From positions 620,001-684,000 of the forward strand of contig ML996704.1 in NCBI GenBank assembly GCA_010356995.1: a stretch of DNA of 64,000 nucleotides. The letters run 5' to 3'. Shown here piece after piece: positions 12,565-23,247 of the stretch. Origin of the DNA: Trichodelitschia bisporula. Its lineage: Eukaryota. Both the position numbers and the translations under genes were made by a program. Positions within the stretch are counted from its first letter, which is position 1; every line of letters begins with the position of its first letter. The notes beneath the pieces were generated by a model. That model was not told the DNA's origin. It did not search any database and was given only the letters and a program-made list of their open reading frames with translations.

Positions 12565-13207
12565 TCACTCTACGCCCGGTCCCGTGGGAGCGGCGGCGGC
12601 GGGGCGAACCGCGTTGTCGGCAGATGCGGGATGGAGTACGTGGTCATTGTGCTCCGCAGCAGCCGGCGGATCCACTTCCCCGGTGCCAGCCTCATCACCG
12701 CCATCAAGTTTGGCGGCATCGAGGGCACGATACTTCCGACGGGACTTCTTTGCGCGGCTGGCCTTCTTCCGGGCTTTTGTTGCGGCTTTGATAGCCGAAC
12801 GGGACTCCGGGCCGCGCTCAATGTCTTCTAATTTCTCGGCCAGGACACGACGGGCTGTCTTACGGTTCTGATCCCGCGATCGCGTGGCTTGGCATTTGAT
12901 CACTATGCCTGTGGGGAGGTGCTTGAGTTGGACGGCTGAGTTTGTTTTGTTCTGCGGAGGTCAGACGGGAGACGAGATTGGAGGAAATGCGACGGGGGCG
13001 TACTATTTTCTGACCTCCAGGGCCGCTACCCTTGAGAAAGTTCTCCTCCAGGTCTGACTCCGGGATCACAATGCGCGGTGGGAGGTGCTTCTCACCCTGG
13101 GCGGCAGAGAGGGCAAAGGAACGGATGAACGAGAGGGGAAACGCGGGAGAGTACGGGAGGCACCATGGGCGCGCGGTGAGGCGGTGCAGGGCCAGACTGA
13201 AGGCCAT
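12565..13207 (-). CDS. Mitochondrial RF-1 domain peptidyl-tRNA hydrolase / rescue factor (C12orf65/MTRFR-like)
   Basis: [46 protein letters not shown] contains the GGQ motif. It has an Arg-rich presequence, a basic C-terminal helix and one intron at ~12952-13003. Confidence 0.88.
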
Positions 13208-13616
13208 TGCATGGGAAAATCTGATTGGGGCTGCGGCAGTCGTCGTGGGAGAAAAGCTAACGTCGCCGGGAAGATATGCGAGAGATATGTGCGAGTCTTG
13301 GGAGAGGTCGGAAGATTGAGTAGACCTGCACCTGATGTGAATCCTTCGAGGCAACAAGGCTGCCATGCTTCTAACCCTTGTCCTGATCTGCAAAGTAGTG
13401 CCGGAAAACCGCCGGCTTGGCTTTATGTGCTATTTCGGCTCGTGTTTGATCCGATCCGATCCTCGCCGCGGCGCCCCTTTGAGACACGACCGTCACGACA
13501 AACATCAACTCCTCGGTGTGCATTCTGTACATAATCACGACTGCTGATCCCCTGACTTGATTTGATATCGTCAACCTTCTACGAAACTCCCTATAGTCCC
13601 ATCCTCGTCCTCAGAC

Positions 13617-13990
13617 ATGTCCAACACGGTCGTCTCCGTCGCGCTGACGGGTCTTGCGCTCCTCGGCGCACTCACTCTCTTCGTCTACTTCTCTCCCTCA
13701 AGCGATCTCCTCCGATGGCTGCAGCGCAAGCGCTACCAGTACGAGGTCACCTTTTCGCTGTACATGTTGACACCGACGGAGAAGTTCATCTTCAGTACGT
13801 TTTGACTAATTCCGCTTCATCCGAAGTTCGCTACTAACTATTGGTAGACTCGTTCGTCTTTCTCTTCAGTTCTATGATCGTCATTGCCGCCTCGCTTTAT
13901 CTTCCTGAACACCTATCAATTGTTCTCAACCGAGCGTTTTACTACATAGCCGGGGAAGAAAGCGGCAGGGCGCGACCCCTTGCCATGTAA
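13617..13990 (+). CDS. Serine palmitoyltransferase small-subunit-like protein (DUF3317)
   Basis: RYQYEVTFSLYMLTPTEKFIF|NSFVFL...SLYLPEH, with an intron at ~13795-13847. Confidence 0.8.
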
Positions 13991-14748
13991 GAGATAAGGA
14001 AGTCAGCACGACGTTTGTTCACATAGAGCTGTCTTTGCGGTCATGGGATGGCATAATTGTACTACTAGAGCAGTTGTTTATGGCGTTGGGCGCATGTGTC
14101 CTGAAGGTGCCGGTTGTATCTGCGACAAGTTCCGGGCACGCATTTGGAGACATGCGGGCTCGGGCGTTGGGCAACTGACATCGCTGACTCGAATGCGCCG
14201 GAGGATGATCATATTTCGGCAGACGGCAATGAATGAAACTAGAGTTCGGCGTACGGAAAGGGGAATCGGTGGAGCGGGGTTTACCTATGGCATTTGCGGC
14301 ACATCCCTGAGATCTTAAGTCATGTTAATGTTTAAGTTGTTACTGAAACTGACTTTCTTTTTCAAGAAGCTAATGCCAATCGTCGGAGCTCGAAGTTCAG
14401 AAAAGTCCCCTATTTCGCGCTTCACCAATAGGGGCTGAATCATCCTGTTTGCCGCCGAATACGACGGAGACAAAGAGTGGCGGAGGCAGAGCGAATGCGT
14501 TGAGCCTGCATGCGCGAAGTGCCGACCTCTCCAGTTAAGCGCCCACGTCTGCCTTGTGGCCTTGTCCTCCGCACGCAGCGCTCACCAAACCCGCGTCATA
14601 TGTCCAGAATGCATGAGAATGCTTTGGTAGATGGTTGCCATGCGCTATCGTTAGTCAGGTCATGGTTGCAGGTTATCCAGCGTTGGCCACTGACATTCTC
14701 ATTATATTCCCCGTTGCTCGTCATAGTTATAATGAGGGCGAACCCTGG

Positions 14749-14922
14749 GCCAACGTGGTCCAGTGGGACAAACTACAAACTTGGTCACTAGGCAATCCCA
14801 CAGGGCCACACAAACTGGACAGGTCCCGGGTTCGACCCTCGATATACACAATAGAAAACCCCTATCCTTCAGCTGGCCCCTGAAGAAAGGGGGTTTCGTA
14901 GCCCATAATGGGTAAGCTTTTT
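14749..14922 (+). ncRNA. Candidate Pol III unit / tRNA-derived relic (not a canonical tRNA)
   Basis: A-box TGGTCCAGTGG (14756-14766), B-box GGTTCGACCC (14829-14838), downstream hairpins and a T5 run at 14918-14922. The acceptor stem does not pair. Confidence 0.35.
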
Positions 14923-16454
14923 GCTTCCTTATGACCTTTTTTGATGGATGTAACTTGGTTCATTTGGTTATGTCCCAACTTGCTGTGGTGCTTGACGAAG
15001 AAGTCGTTGTTATCTCATCTTTTTGATGTGGCGGTTGGGACAAACACCGCCGCCAATGCTACGCAGGCCTTGCTCCACTGCACACAACTGAACTTCATAC
15101 ATGAAGCATACGCAGGTCTTGCTATTCTGCTTTCCTACATTACCGGGTCTGTTCTCCTATCCTGAGCTGTGTGCTGGTTTTTGGCCATGATGGCTCCCCT
15201 GACGGCTCCCGAAAAGGGGTTAGTCACTTCGATGGCGATGTTTCGCTGCCGCCTAACACCTTTGGTTTAACATCGTCCCAAGATCAAGTTCGCCGTGGAC
15301 GTGATTCTTTTCCAGGCTTCCCTACCCTTTTGTCAGGAGCAACCTATCTAGCGAAGCCTCAATGAAGCGAGGGATTGATTTTACCCGTTGAGCGCAATCA
15401 CCCCGAGCAGGACCTGCAAAGCGATTTCATCTACGATGGTTGCCGACTATACATGTGGGCAAACTGTGGAATCGGAATTTCCACGCCGATCCTCCTCGCC
15501 GGATTACCGCGAGGACAGGCCTCGCTCCATTACCACGTTTGGAGGCCTCCCGAGCCGGACTCCATGTAATATATGTGCCTTATGCCTGATGCTTTTCTCG
15601 ATTTGGTGCACTCAAAAGAATATCTCAGATTTAAGCGATATCTAACTTTGGACTTTATACATGTTCCCAGTATGACCATGAAGGAGGGGAACGAAAGCAT
15701 CTTAACTCGCTTGGGTCAATCCCTTTTTCTTTTGCATTGATCGCAACTTCCCATCTGTCAGTACTTGCCTACTGTCCATGGATGACGCAACGCAGATGTG
15801 GGCAGACGATGTGGGGGACCACAAAATTCTTTTCATCTCGCTCTGTTAATCAAGCATCGCTTTTCTTTTGAGTCTTTCATCATAGTTACTCGGTCAAGTT
15901 ACGAAGACATATTCGTGAAAATGCATTTGTGGTAGCATCGTAGGAGTGTTCGGCCAAAAAGGAACTAGGCTAGCCGTAGCAACCATTATTGGCCAGGCTA
16001 TAATGGAGCATACGGTACTTTAAACTGATCCTTGCATTTAACGCCTGTTAGAGCACCTACCAAATGCCACAATGATGTGAGGGAAGGTCCAGCTAAATGA
16101 GCTCCGAATGTTATCCACCGCACGATGTCAATGCCTCTGTATCCGAGAGAGTCCTGGAGTTAAGGACACCAGTTGCTCCACCATACGGGTAAAGGCACGC
16201 GTTGGCGGGTAAGCCTTCAACCCCCAAACCCCAAACGCGGATAAGGATTTCAACGAGGAAGCGTAAGATATTCAAAGATACAACCAGAAAGAATGGGTAC
16301 CGGATGGATTAGAAAAGCAATTACAGTAAGCATCATGTATTAGCAGTCGCGCGCCTTCACGCAGGTTCCCAGCAAAGTCGTTGGTATCAGAAATAGTTAT
16401 ACATAGTCCGAGACGCCGCAGAATCGTGCCCATGCTGCTTAAACGGTGGAAAAG

Positions 16455-17288
16455 CTAGAAAAAACGCCACCAGATGAAGACAATCATGATGAACGCCAGT
16501 CCAGCTACCGGGCCGTACTATAAAACGTCAGCGCCATTCCTACAGATTTGTACATCCACGAACCTGTTTCAGCAGCAGTTCCCAGTTGATCCGTACAGCT
16601 GCTTTTCTGTACTTGCGGCTGTCCTCTCGCAGCCGACCGCTCATCTCGCCCATACGCTCTAGACTGTCGCCACGATACAGTAAATCTTCGATGTTCTTGG
16701 TCATAACCTTCGTCACGTCCTTGAGCTCATCGTTGATCTTGTCCAGATTCTGCGTCGCCCGGCTGTCCTGATACGTCTTCTTGGTCTTCTGGATGAAGCT
16801 GTCGAACTCGACGAAGGCGTACGGCCGACATGACGCCGCGAGATACTGCTGCGAGGGGTAGATGCTGGTAAACTCCTGGGCCAGGTCCGACAGGTAGGTG
16901 AAGGCGAGTTTGCGCGGGTATGAGTAGTCGCAGATGCACAAGAAAACCACTGAGTCTTGGATCAGGTAGCTGCGCTTGTAAGCGGAGTTCGCTGGCACGC
17001 CAGCCTCAACTCACTGGATGTTGGACTGTCCACTCTCGATGCTGGCTTGCGGCTCTGAGTTGCGGTTGATGCGTCGCATAAGCTGCTTGACCTGGATCTT
17101 GATCTCTGCGAGCTCGGAATCGGCCTGCGCGGGTCAAAAGGGGGCATTCAAAAGTGGGAGACGATAATACCGGATCGTCGTCAACCGTCGCTGCGAGAAT
17201 CAAGCCTGAGACTGTCAGTGCACGCCCCTGGGGCAGAATACGGGGAAGACGCGCCATCTAAGCGGGCGATCTGAGTCCACTTAATCAT
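16455..17288 (-). CDS. SEC22: Longin R-SNARE Sec22, 5 exons
   Basis: MIKWTQIARLDGLILAATVDD, YPRKLAFTYL, RPYAFVEFD and VMTKNIEDLLYRGDSLE, followed by a C-terminal TM. Confidence 0.95.
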
Positions 17289-18020
17289 GACGAGGTTGTG
17301 TGCGAGATGTTGAGGGATGTGGGGGTTGCAAGCATATCAAACTATACTGCGCCCGTGGTGAAGGCCTTTGGAGAGCTACGTGTCTCAATGGCGGGTAAAA
17401 ACAAGGTAGGCGGCGGAAGAGAGTTGAGGTCGGAGATGCGCATGTGGCTTTCTTGGGAAACGACAAGGGGAGTTGGGCTGTGGCTTTGCTGGCCGGCGGA
17501 GTGCACGGTGCAAGGCGTTGCCTTTGCCTGTGGCGCAAGTGTGTGGGGCGGGCGGGCCGGGGTTTGGACGTCACCTCTCGGCGGAAGTGTGAATAGCTTC
17601 ATCTTCTCGTCTCAAGTCCCCTCCGCCTCCCCACCCTGCTTTCCATCTCAGCCCACCGCCATCCACTTTCAGGTCTGTTTGCTCAGACAAGATGGAGGAT
17701 ACCTACGCACAGGACAATTCCCCTATATCGGGCTAAACATTTTCCATAACCACCCGGAAAATCTGTTTGCTCTTTGCCTTGCGCTGCGGCCAAGACCGCA
17801 TGGCAGAGCTTCCAGTGCATAGGCCTTGCTCCCTAGCTCTATTTACTCCGCTTCTTCTTCCTCCTCCACCAACTCTTTACAACACCGTTCCAGCTGCTTG
17901 AGTTTTCCCCACAGTGATTTTCATTTTTCATGACACGAAATCTCCAGAACCCAATAACTTCCTCGCTCTCCGAACCCCCCCATCTCCCCTTTTTCACTCT
18001 CTTCTCCTGTTCGTTTTGAA

Positions 18021-20197
18021 ATGGCTCCTAAACGCCCCGTTTCGAGTGACACTGCGGTCGCGCCCGTGAAAAGGCGCAAGAACAACGCGGGAGAGCCTGT
18101 CGCCCCGACCCGGATCATGCCTGCTCGAGCTGCGAAGACAGCGGCCGCTGCGAAGACTGTGCTGAAAGCTGTTGTCAAAAAGGTCACTGGCAAGAGCAAG
18201 AAGAAGCCGGCGATGCCTGCCGCACAAGAGGGTATGTTTGCTATTCTGACTCAGATTCGACAGCTAATTTCAATAAGCTCGTGAAGAGACCACGGGCGAG
18301 GCCGAAGCCCCCGTTGCTCCAGAGACCCTTGCCACTGTTCCAGTCGAAGCTGCTGCAGTCCCGACAAATACGAACAGTGTGTCCTCTTATTCCAACTCTG
18401 ATGCATGCGCTAATCCAACAAGCTGCCAAAGAGGCCGAGTGTGCGCCTGAGCAGAAATCCTCGCCATCGACGGATGTCCCCGATGCCGCTCAGGTCCAGT
18501 CGCAGGAGCGTGCTACTGTCGGCGGAATTTGCGGAAAGCGTGGCCTCGGTGCCGACGCCGAGGAAACGGTTGCGAAGCGCCCTTGTCTGGAGGCTGCCGA
18601 GAACGCTCCACCTTCGAATGCCGAATCCATCAAAAAGCCGGATGCGTATGTGCCATCCGCGCTGCCTGATCCGCAACCAATGTCTCGCCCGAGTGCGTTC
18701 TTTACACCTAAACGCCCGAGTCTGCTCCGGCAGGCCGTTGTTAACACGGGAGGAGCGAGCCCGGCCGTATTTACACCCACGCGTACCTACACGGAGTCAG
18801 GGATCGATGAGGCTAGCACCGTCAGCTCGTTCGTTGGCACTCCGGTGCAGTCCGAGCCGGTCCTGGCAGGGGACGCCCCGGTTCTGCAGGAAGAGCTTAT
18901 ACTGAAGGATGACATCATCCTTCCCTCGTCCTTGAAGATTCCAGCGGTGATGCTCCTGCCAATGCGATCGGTGCTTTTGAAAAATATGATCCTAAAGGCT
19001 GGCACCGTTATCCCGAAGGGGACGGTCATGGGTGAATTTGCGGTCTACACTCCAGGCCTGGTCCAGTATTCTCAAGTGAATACGGATAAGGTGTTCACGC
19101 CCGCTGCGGGGATGCCTACGGATAATGCGGTGTTCGCCATTTACGGCACATCCGTGTTTCACTTCAAGGCTGGCGATTTTGCGGGCGGGGCGTCCACTCC
19201 TTATGCAGAAACGACGGGCACAGCTGACGGAGCCGACTTTGGTACCCCGGTCCCAGACGGCTCAGGCGCGGCCTTCCCTTCTTTCGAAGCAACACCAGGA
19301 ACGGCTTACGGTCAAAATCTTGCCACGCCAACCTCCAACGGAGCTGTTAAGCCCGATGATGGCGATGAGACGAACGACTTTGAGGGGTCAATGCTTGGGA
19401 GCGCCGACTCCTCCATAATCAGCAGCATCAATATGTCGACTCCAGCATTCATTGCTCGAGACGAAGAGTCTCACATGTTCGCGTTCTCGCCCATCGACCG
19501 CCAAACACCTTCGAAGGCGCCGGGCCGTCGCGAGTCGCGCCCACTTGCCTCTCGCAACTACCACACAGCAATGCGCCCTGACAACAGTGAGACCGCCGAG
19601 GGCAACTCCGTTGATGAAACTGATACCAACGCGAATCACACCTTTGAAGAGAATCGTCAAGCCGACGCCGCTGGGACCAACGAGCCCGCCGAGCGTGTCG
19701 ACGCGCACAAACCTACCAAGTCCGGGGACTCTCCGTCTCCAAAAGTTTCCACTGCCCATCCCAAGCTTCGCACTCGCCCGATCCCAAAATCCTTTCTCCC
19801 AGAAGCGGTCGTGAGCAATTCCCGCTCTGCCCTCACCAAGGTCGACCTCAATGTAAGTTCCCAGCATCTTTTTGTAGTGTTGACGCTAACATTTTAGGCT
19901 TTATTGAGTGATCCTATTGCCTGGGGTGCTCTTACCAAAGAGCAAAAGGAAACGACCCTGTCCAACCTTCCCAAGCATATGCTGGAGTCGTTGCTCAGCG
20001 ACACTCCGGACGAGCTCCCTCACCCGATGACAACCGATTTGCGCTATTCTACGGCATTTCGATCAGACTTGCGCGAGTTCCAAGAGCACTTGCGTGGTGG
20101 ATATTTGGAGCGCGAATACATGGAGGAGGCTATGGAAGCTTCGGAGCTGAGGAAGGAGGGCGGGAAGCCGTTCGATGATGTGGACATGGAAGCCTAA
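18021..20197 (+). CDS. Asx-homology (ASXH/DEUBAD) domain protein with long low-complexity N-terminus
   Basis: The C-terminal SNSRSALTKVDLN|ALLSDPIAWGALTKEQKETTLSNLP...LRYSTAFRSDLREFQEHLRGG fits ASXH. Three introns (~18232-18277, ~18377-18422, ~19853-19897) and an N-terminal NLS-like PVKRRK. Confidence 0.72.
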
Positions 20198-20711
20198 GCT
20201 TCCCTCCATGGCCGCATCCACTTCTGCCACTCGGCGGAAGAAAATTATTTGGGAGACGTGGTATAAGACCTCTTATGCCACCGAATGTCTAATGTATGGT
20301 ACAGTTGTGTCTTTTTCAAGCCGGGAGCGGGGAGTTGTAACGGGTATGGGGCGGGGGGGCACCAACCTCTGATCTGGTCCTTTGGGACAACCCTTGTTTT
20401 TTTCGGCAGTGTGGAACTAGGAAACGGAAGTTTGAGTACGCTCTGACATTAGATTTGTGTACCATAGTAGTGGTGGGAGCGAGCTGCCCAGCCAAGTTCA
20501 TGTGTAATGTGATAATGTGATAAGATGTAGTGCCAAGACCTGGTGATGTTCATGACTGGCCCTGGCCAAACGGCCCAAACTTTTGCTCCAACAGCACTCC
20601 CATTACCTACCTTCAACGCGATCAAGTCATCAAGCCATTCACTTACGTCGGAAGTAGATTATACCAGCGGACTTGCATACTGCGTGAATATCAAAGCATA
20701 CAGTGGCCGAA

Positions 20712-21792
20712 ATGGCGGCGTCGCAAATGCAACACCGCCGTACACACAACTTACTCCTCATCTCCAAGATTCTGAGCTGTCGTGATAATGCCTCACCGTT
20801 TACGCTGGTAATCGACTCGCTGGAGCAGTCGGCTAGGCCACTAGTTCATGAAATGATCAAGCGGGCGCACGTATGTTAAGCGTTTTAATCCTGAGTCCAC
20901 CTAACTCACCTGCAGGCATCAAAAGTGGGCATCATTTTTGTGTCCTTCGAGACAGTGGTAAAGCCAAAGGACGTTGATCATTTTATCGACGCTTCAGCAA
21001 TACCCCCGCAGCATCTCAGCTACCAGATCAAAGTCGAGATCGAGACTTATCTCAAGGACACACCAAGTACGTTGCACGTTCAGATCGAACTCCAAGCTAA
21101 CCAATAGAGGATCGCTGATAATTTTTGATTCCTTCAATCCTATCTACAACGACAGCCGTGGGTCTATTGCGCAAATCCTCTCCGGACTCATCACGCCGCC
21201 GGCCTCCCTCCTCGCCGTCTACCACTCCGACGTCCCACCCCTAACCATCGCACCCTACCAACCAGCTCCACTTACTCTCCTCAAGTACTTGGTCACAGCA
21301 ATACTCGAGCTCTCCTCCATTGCACACGTGCTTGCACGTAAATCCGCCCGCGACCGCAGTCTCGCCGAGCCCGTCTTTGGTCTAGCTGAGGAGACGGAAG
21401 GCGTGCTCGTCGGCCTCGGCAGCAACGAACCTTCCGGGCTAGTGATCGAGATGGAGTACCGGCGCAAGACGGGGCGGAGTATCAAGGAGAGCTTCTTTTA
21501 TTCACGGGTGGCAGCGGCGTCGGGGAAGGGCGGCCAGAAGGCGATTAAGGCGGACGGAATTATTCTGCTTGAAGATCATCCGAGTTTTGCGCCTCCTGTG
21601 AAGGCGGTGGATGAGCAGGAGATGGTGGATACGACGTTTAATTTGGGCTTGACGGAGAGGCAGCGGAGGGAGAGGGATGGGGTTGTTTTGCCGTACTTTG
21701 ATGCGCAGAGGGAGGGTGGAGGGGAGGGAGGGCGTATATTGTATGATATGGGCGAGGAGGATGATTTTGACGAGGAAGAGGATGAAATATAG
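20712..21792 (+). CDS. ELP5: Elongator complex subunit Elp5 (Iki1)
   Basis: HRRTHNLLLISK, SPFTLVIDSLEQ, TTFNLGLTERQR, VVLPYFDAQ and GGRILYDMGEEDDFDEEEDEI. Two introns. Confidence 0.92.
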
Positions 21793-22094
21793 CTCCATCT
21801 CGAAGTATGAGAGTTCTGAATCTCGAACTTGATATTGATGCCTCATGCACACCCGATAAAACAGGCATCAAAAACGCGCTCTGCCACCAAACCTTGGCAC
21901 TTCCGAAGCCAAATCCGCAACCCAGCTCCCTTCACTAACACGTCCATCACGCTCATCCACCTCCCCATCTCCCAACCCGCTCATTACGAACCATACGTCA
22001 CACCGGAGACTACTACCTTCTCTTATTGCTCGACGCCCCAACTCGTCCTGCCTCGCCTCCCCCAGGCCCCAACTCTCTCAAATTATCTCCAACC

Positions 22095-22858
22095 ATGGCT
22101 GAACCCCCGCCCAAACGTCCCCGCCGCACCGACAGCGCAGCAATGTGGGACCAACCCCGGGACTCGCGTCCAGACCGACGAGACCGCGACCGCGGCGATA
22201 CGCGCGACCGGCTCTATCGCGAGCGGCCACGATCGAGGGAGCACGACCGCGAGCCGCGCGACGGCCGGGATACACGCGACACGAAGGATGGACGCGAGAG
22301 GCGACGGAGTCGGAGTCGGGAGCGGGGAGGACGGAGAGCGAGAGGAGGTATGTACTCGTCAGAGTGTTGTGTTGGACGGTGCTAATGGGGACAGGACGGG
22401 AGAGGTCGCGCTCGCCTGGGGACAGGAGGACGCCTGTGCGCCAGCGGTCGCCGATGAGGACGCGGAGCCCGGGGAAGGGACGCTCGCCTGTTAGGCAGAG
22501 GAGTCCTGGCCGGGCGAGATCGCCTGCTAGAGCGAGGTCGCCGCCGCGGGGGCCGCGGCCGGATAGAGGAGGGAAGGATAAACCTGCGCCGAAGGTTGTG
22601 CCGCTGAAGGGGAAGGCGGGTGGGGAGCTTAAGAAGGAGGAGGATAAGATGGAGGTGGATCTGCCCGAGGGACTGGAGTTGACGCCTGAAGAGCTGACGA
22701 TGATGAAGACGATGGGGTTCTTGAACTTCAAGACGACGAAGAATACGAAGGTTCCTGGGAATGATCGGAACTATGGCGTTAGGAAGGAGAAGAAGGCGGA
22801 ATACAGGCAGTACATGAACCGGACGGGTGGTTTCAACAGACCGCTTAGTCCAGGTTAA
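22095..22858 (+). CDS. SNRNP27: U4/U6.U5 tri-snRNP 27 kDa protein (DUF1777)
   Basis: RS/RD-rich N-terminus and C-terminal MMKTMGFLNFKTTKNTKVPGN...YRQYMNRTGGFNRPLSP. One intron at ~22348-22395. Confidence 0.92.
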
Positions 22859-23247
22859 CGGTTTTCGAGATCTGCGCGGCTGTACATTAGTTCTAGAATG
22901 GCGTGGTGGGCAAGGCTGTTGGACTGCAAATCGGGCATTTCTGGTGTATTAGATAGCGCGGTGCAAAATACGGCGATTGATATGCTCGTGTCTAACTATA
23001 AGCTTTCTACGCGACTAATATTCACTGCAAATAACGCTGAAGCTATTCTTTCGTTGCTTGTGCTGGCCCCCAACGCCGGAGGGGAGCTCTGTGAGCTCCA
23101 ACGCCAACGTGTCTCGAACTCCGCATCCCAGCTCCGCACCAACCTCGACCCTCCGCGCCGCACCCACCGCGCCGCCCACGAACAATTCCACCGCCCAATG
23201 CGGCCCCTCATACACATATCATGATAACTCGAAAGTGCAAAGGCACA

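Noticed and set aside
14396..14440. RNase MRP-like CR-I (GAAAAGTCCCC) and CR-V (ACCAATAGGGGCTGA) look-alikes
   Set aside because: The motifs are only ~14 nt apart and form a simple hairpin, whereas MRP needs well over 100 nt of intervening structure.
14000..16450. Long ORF-poor gap considered as a telomerase RNA locus
   Set aside because: No TAACCCTAA-type template was seen on either strand.
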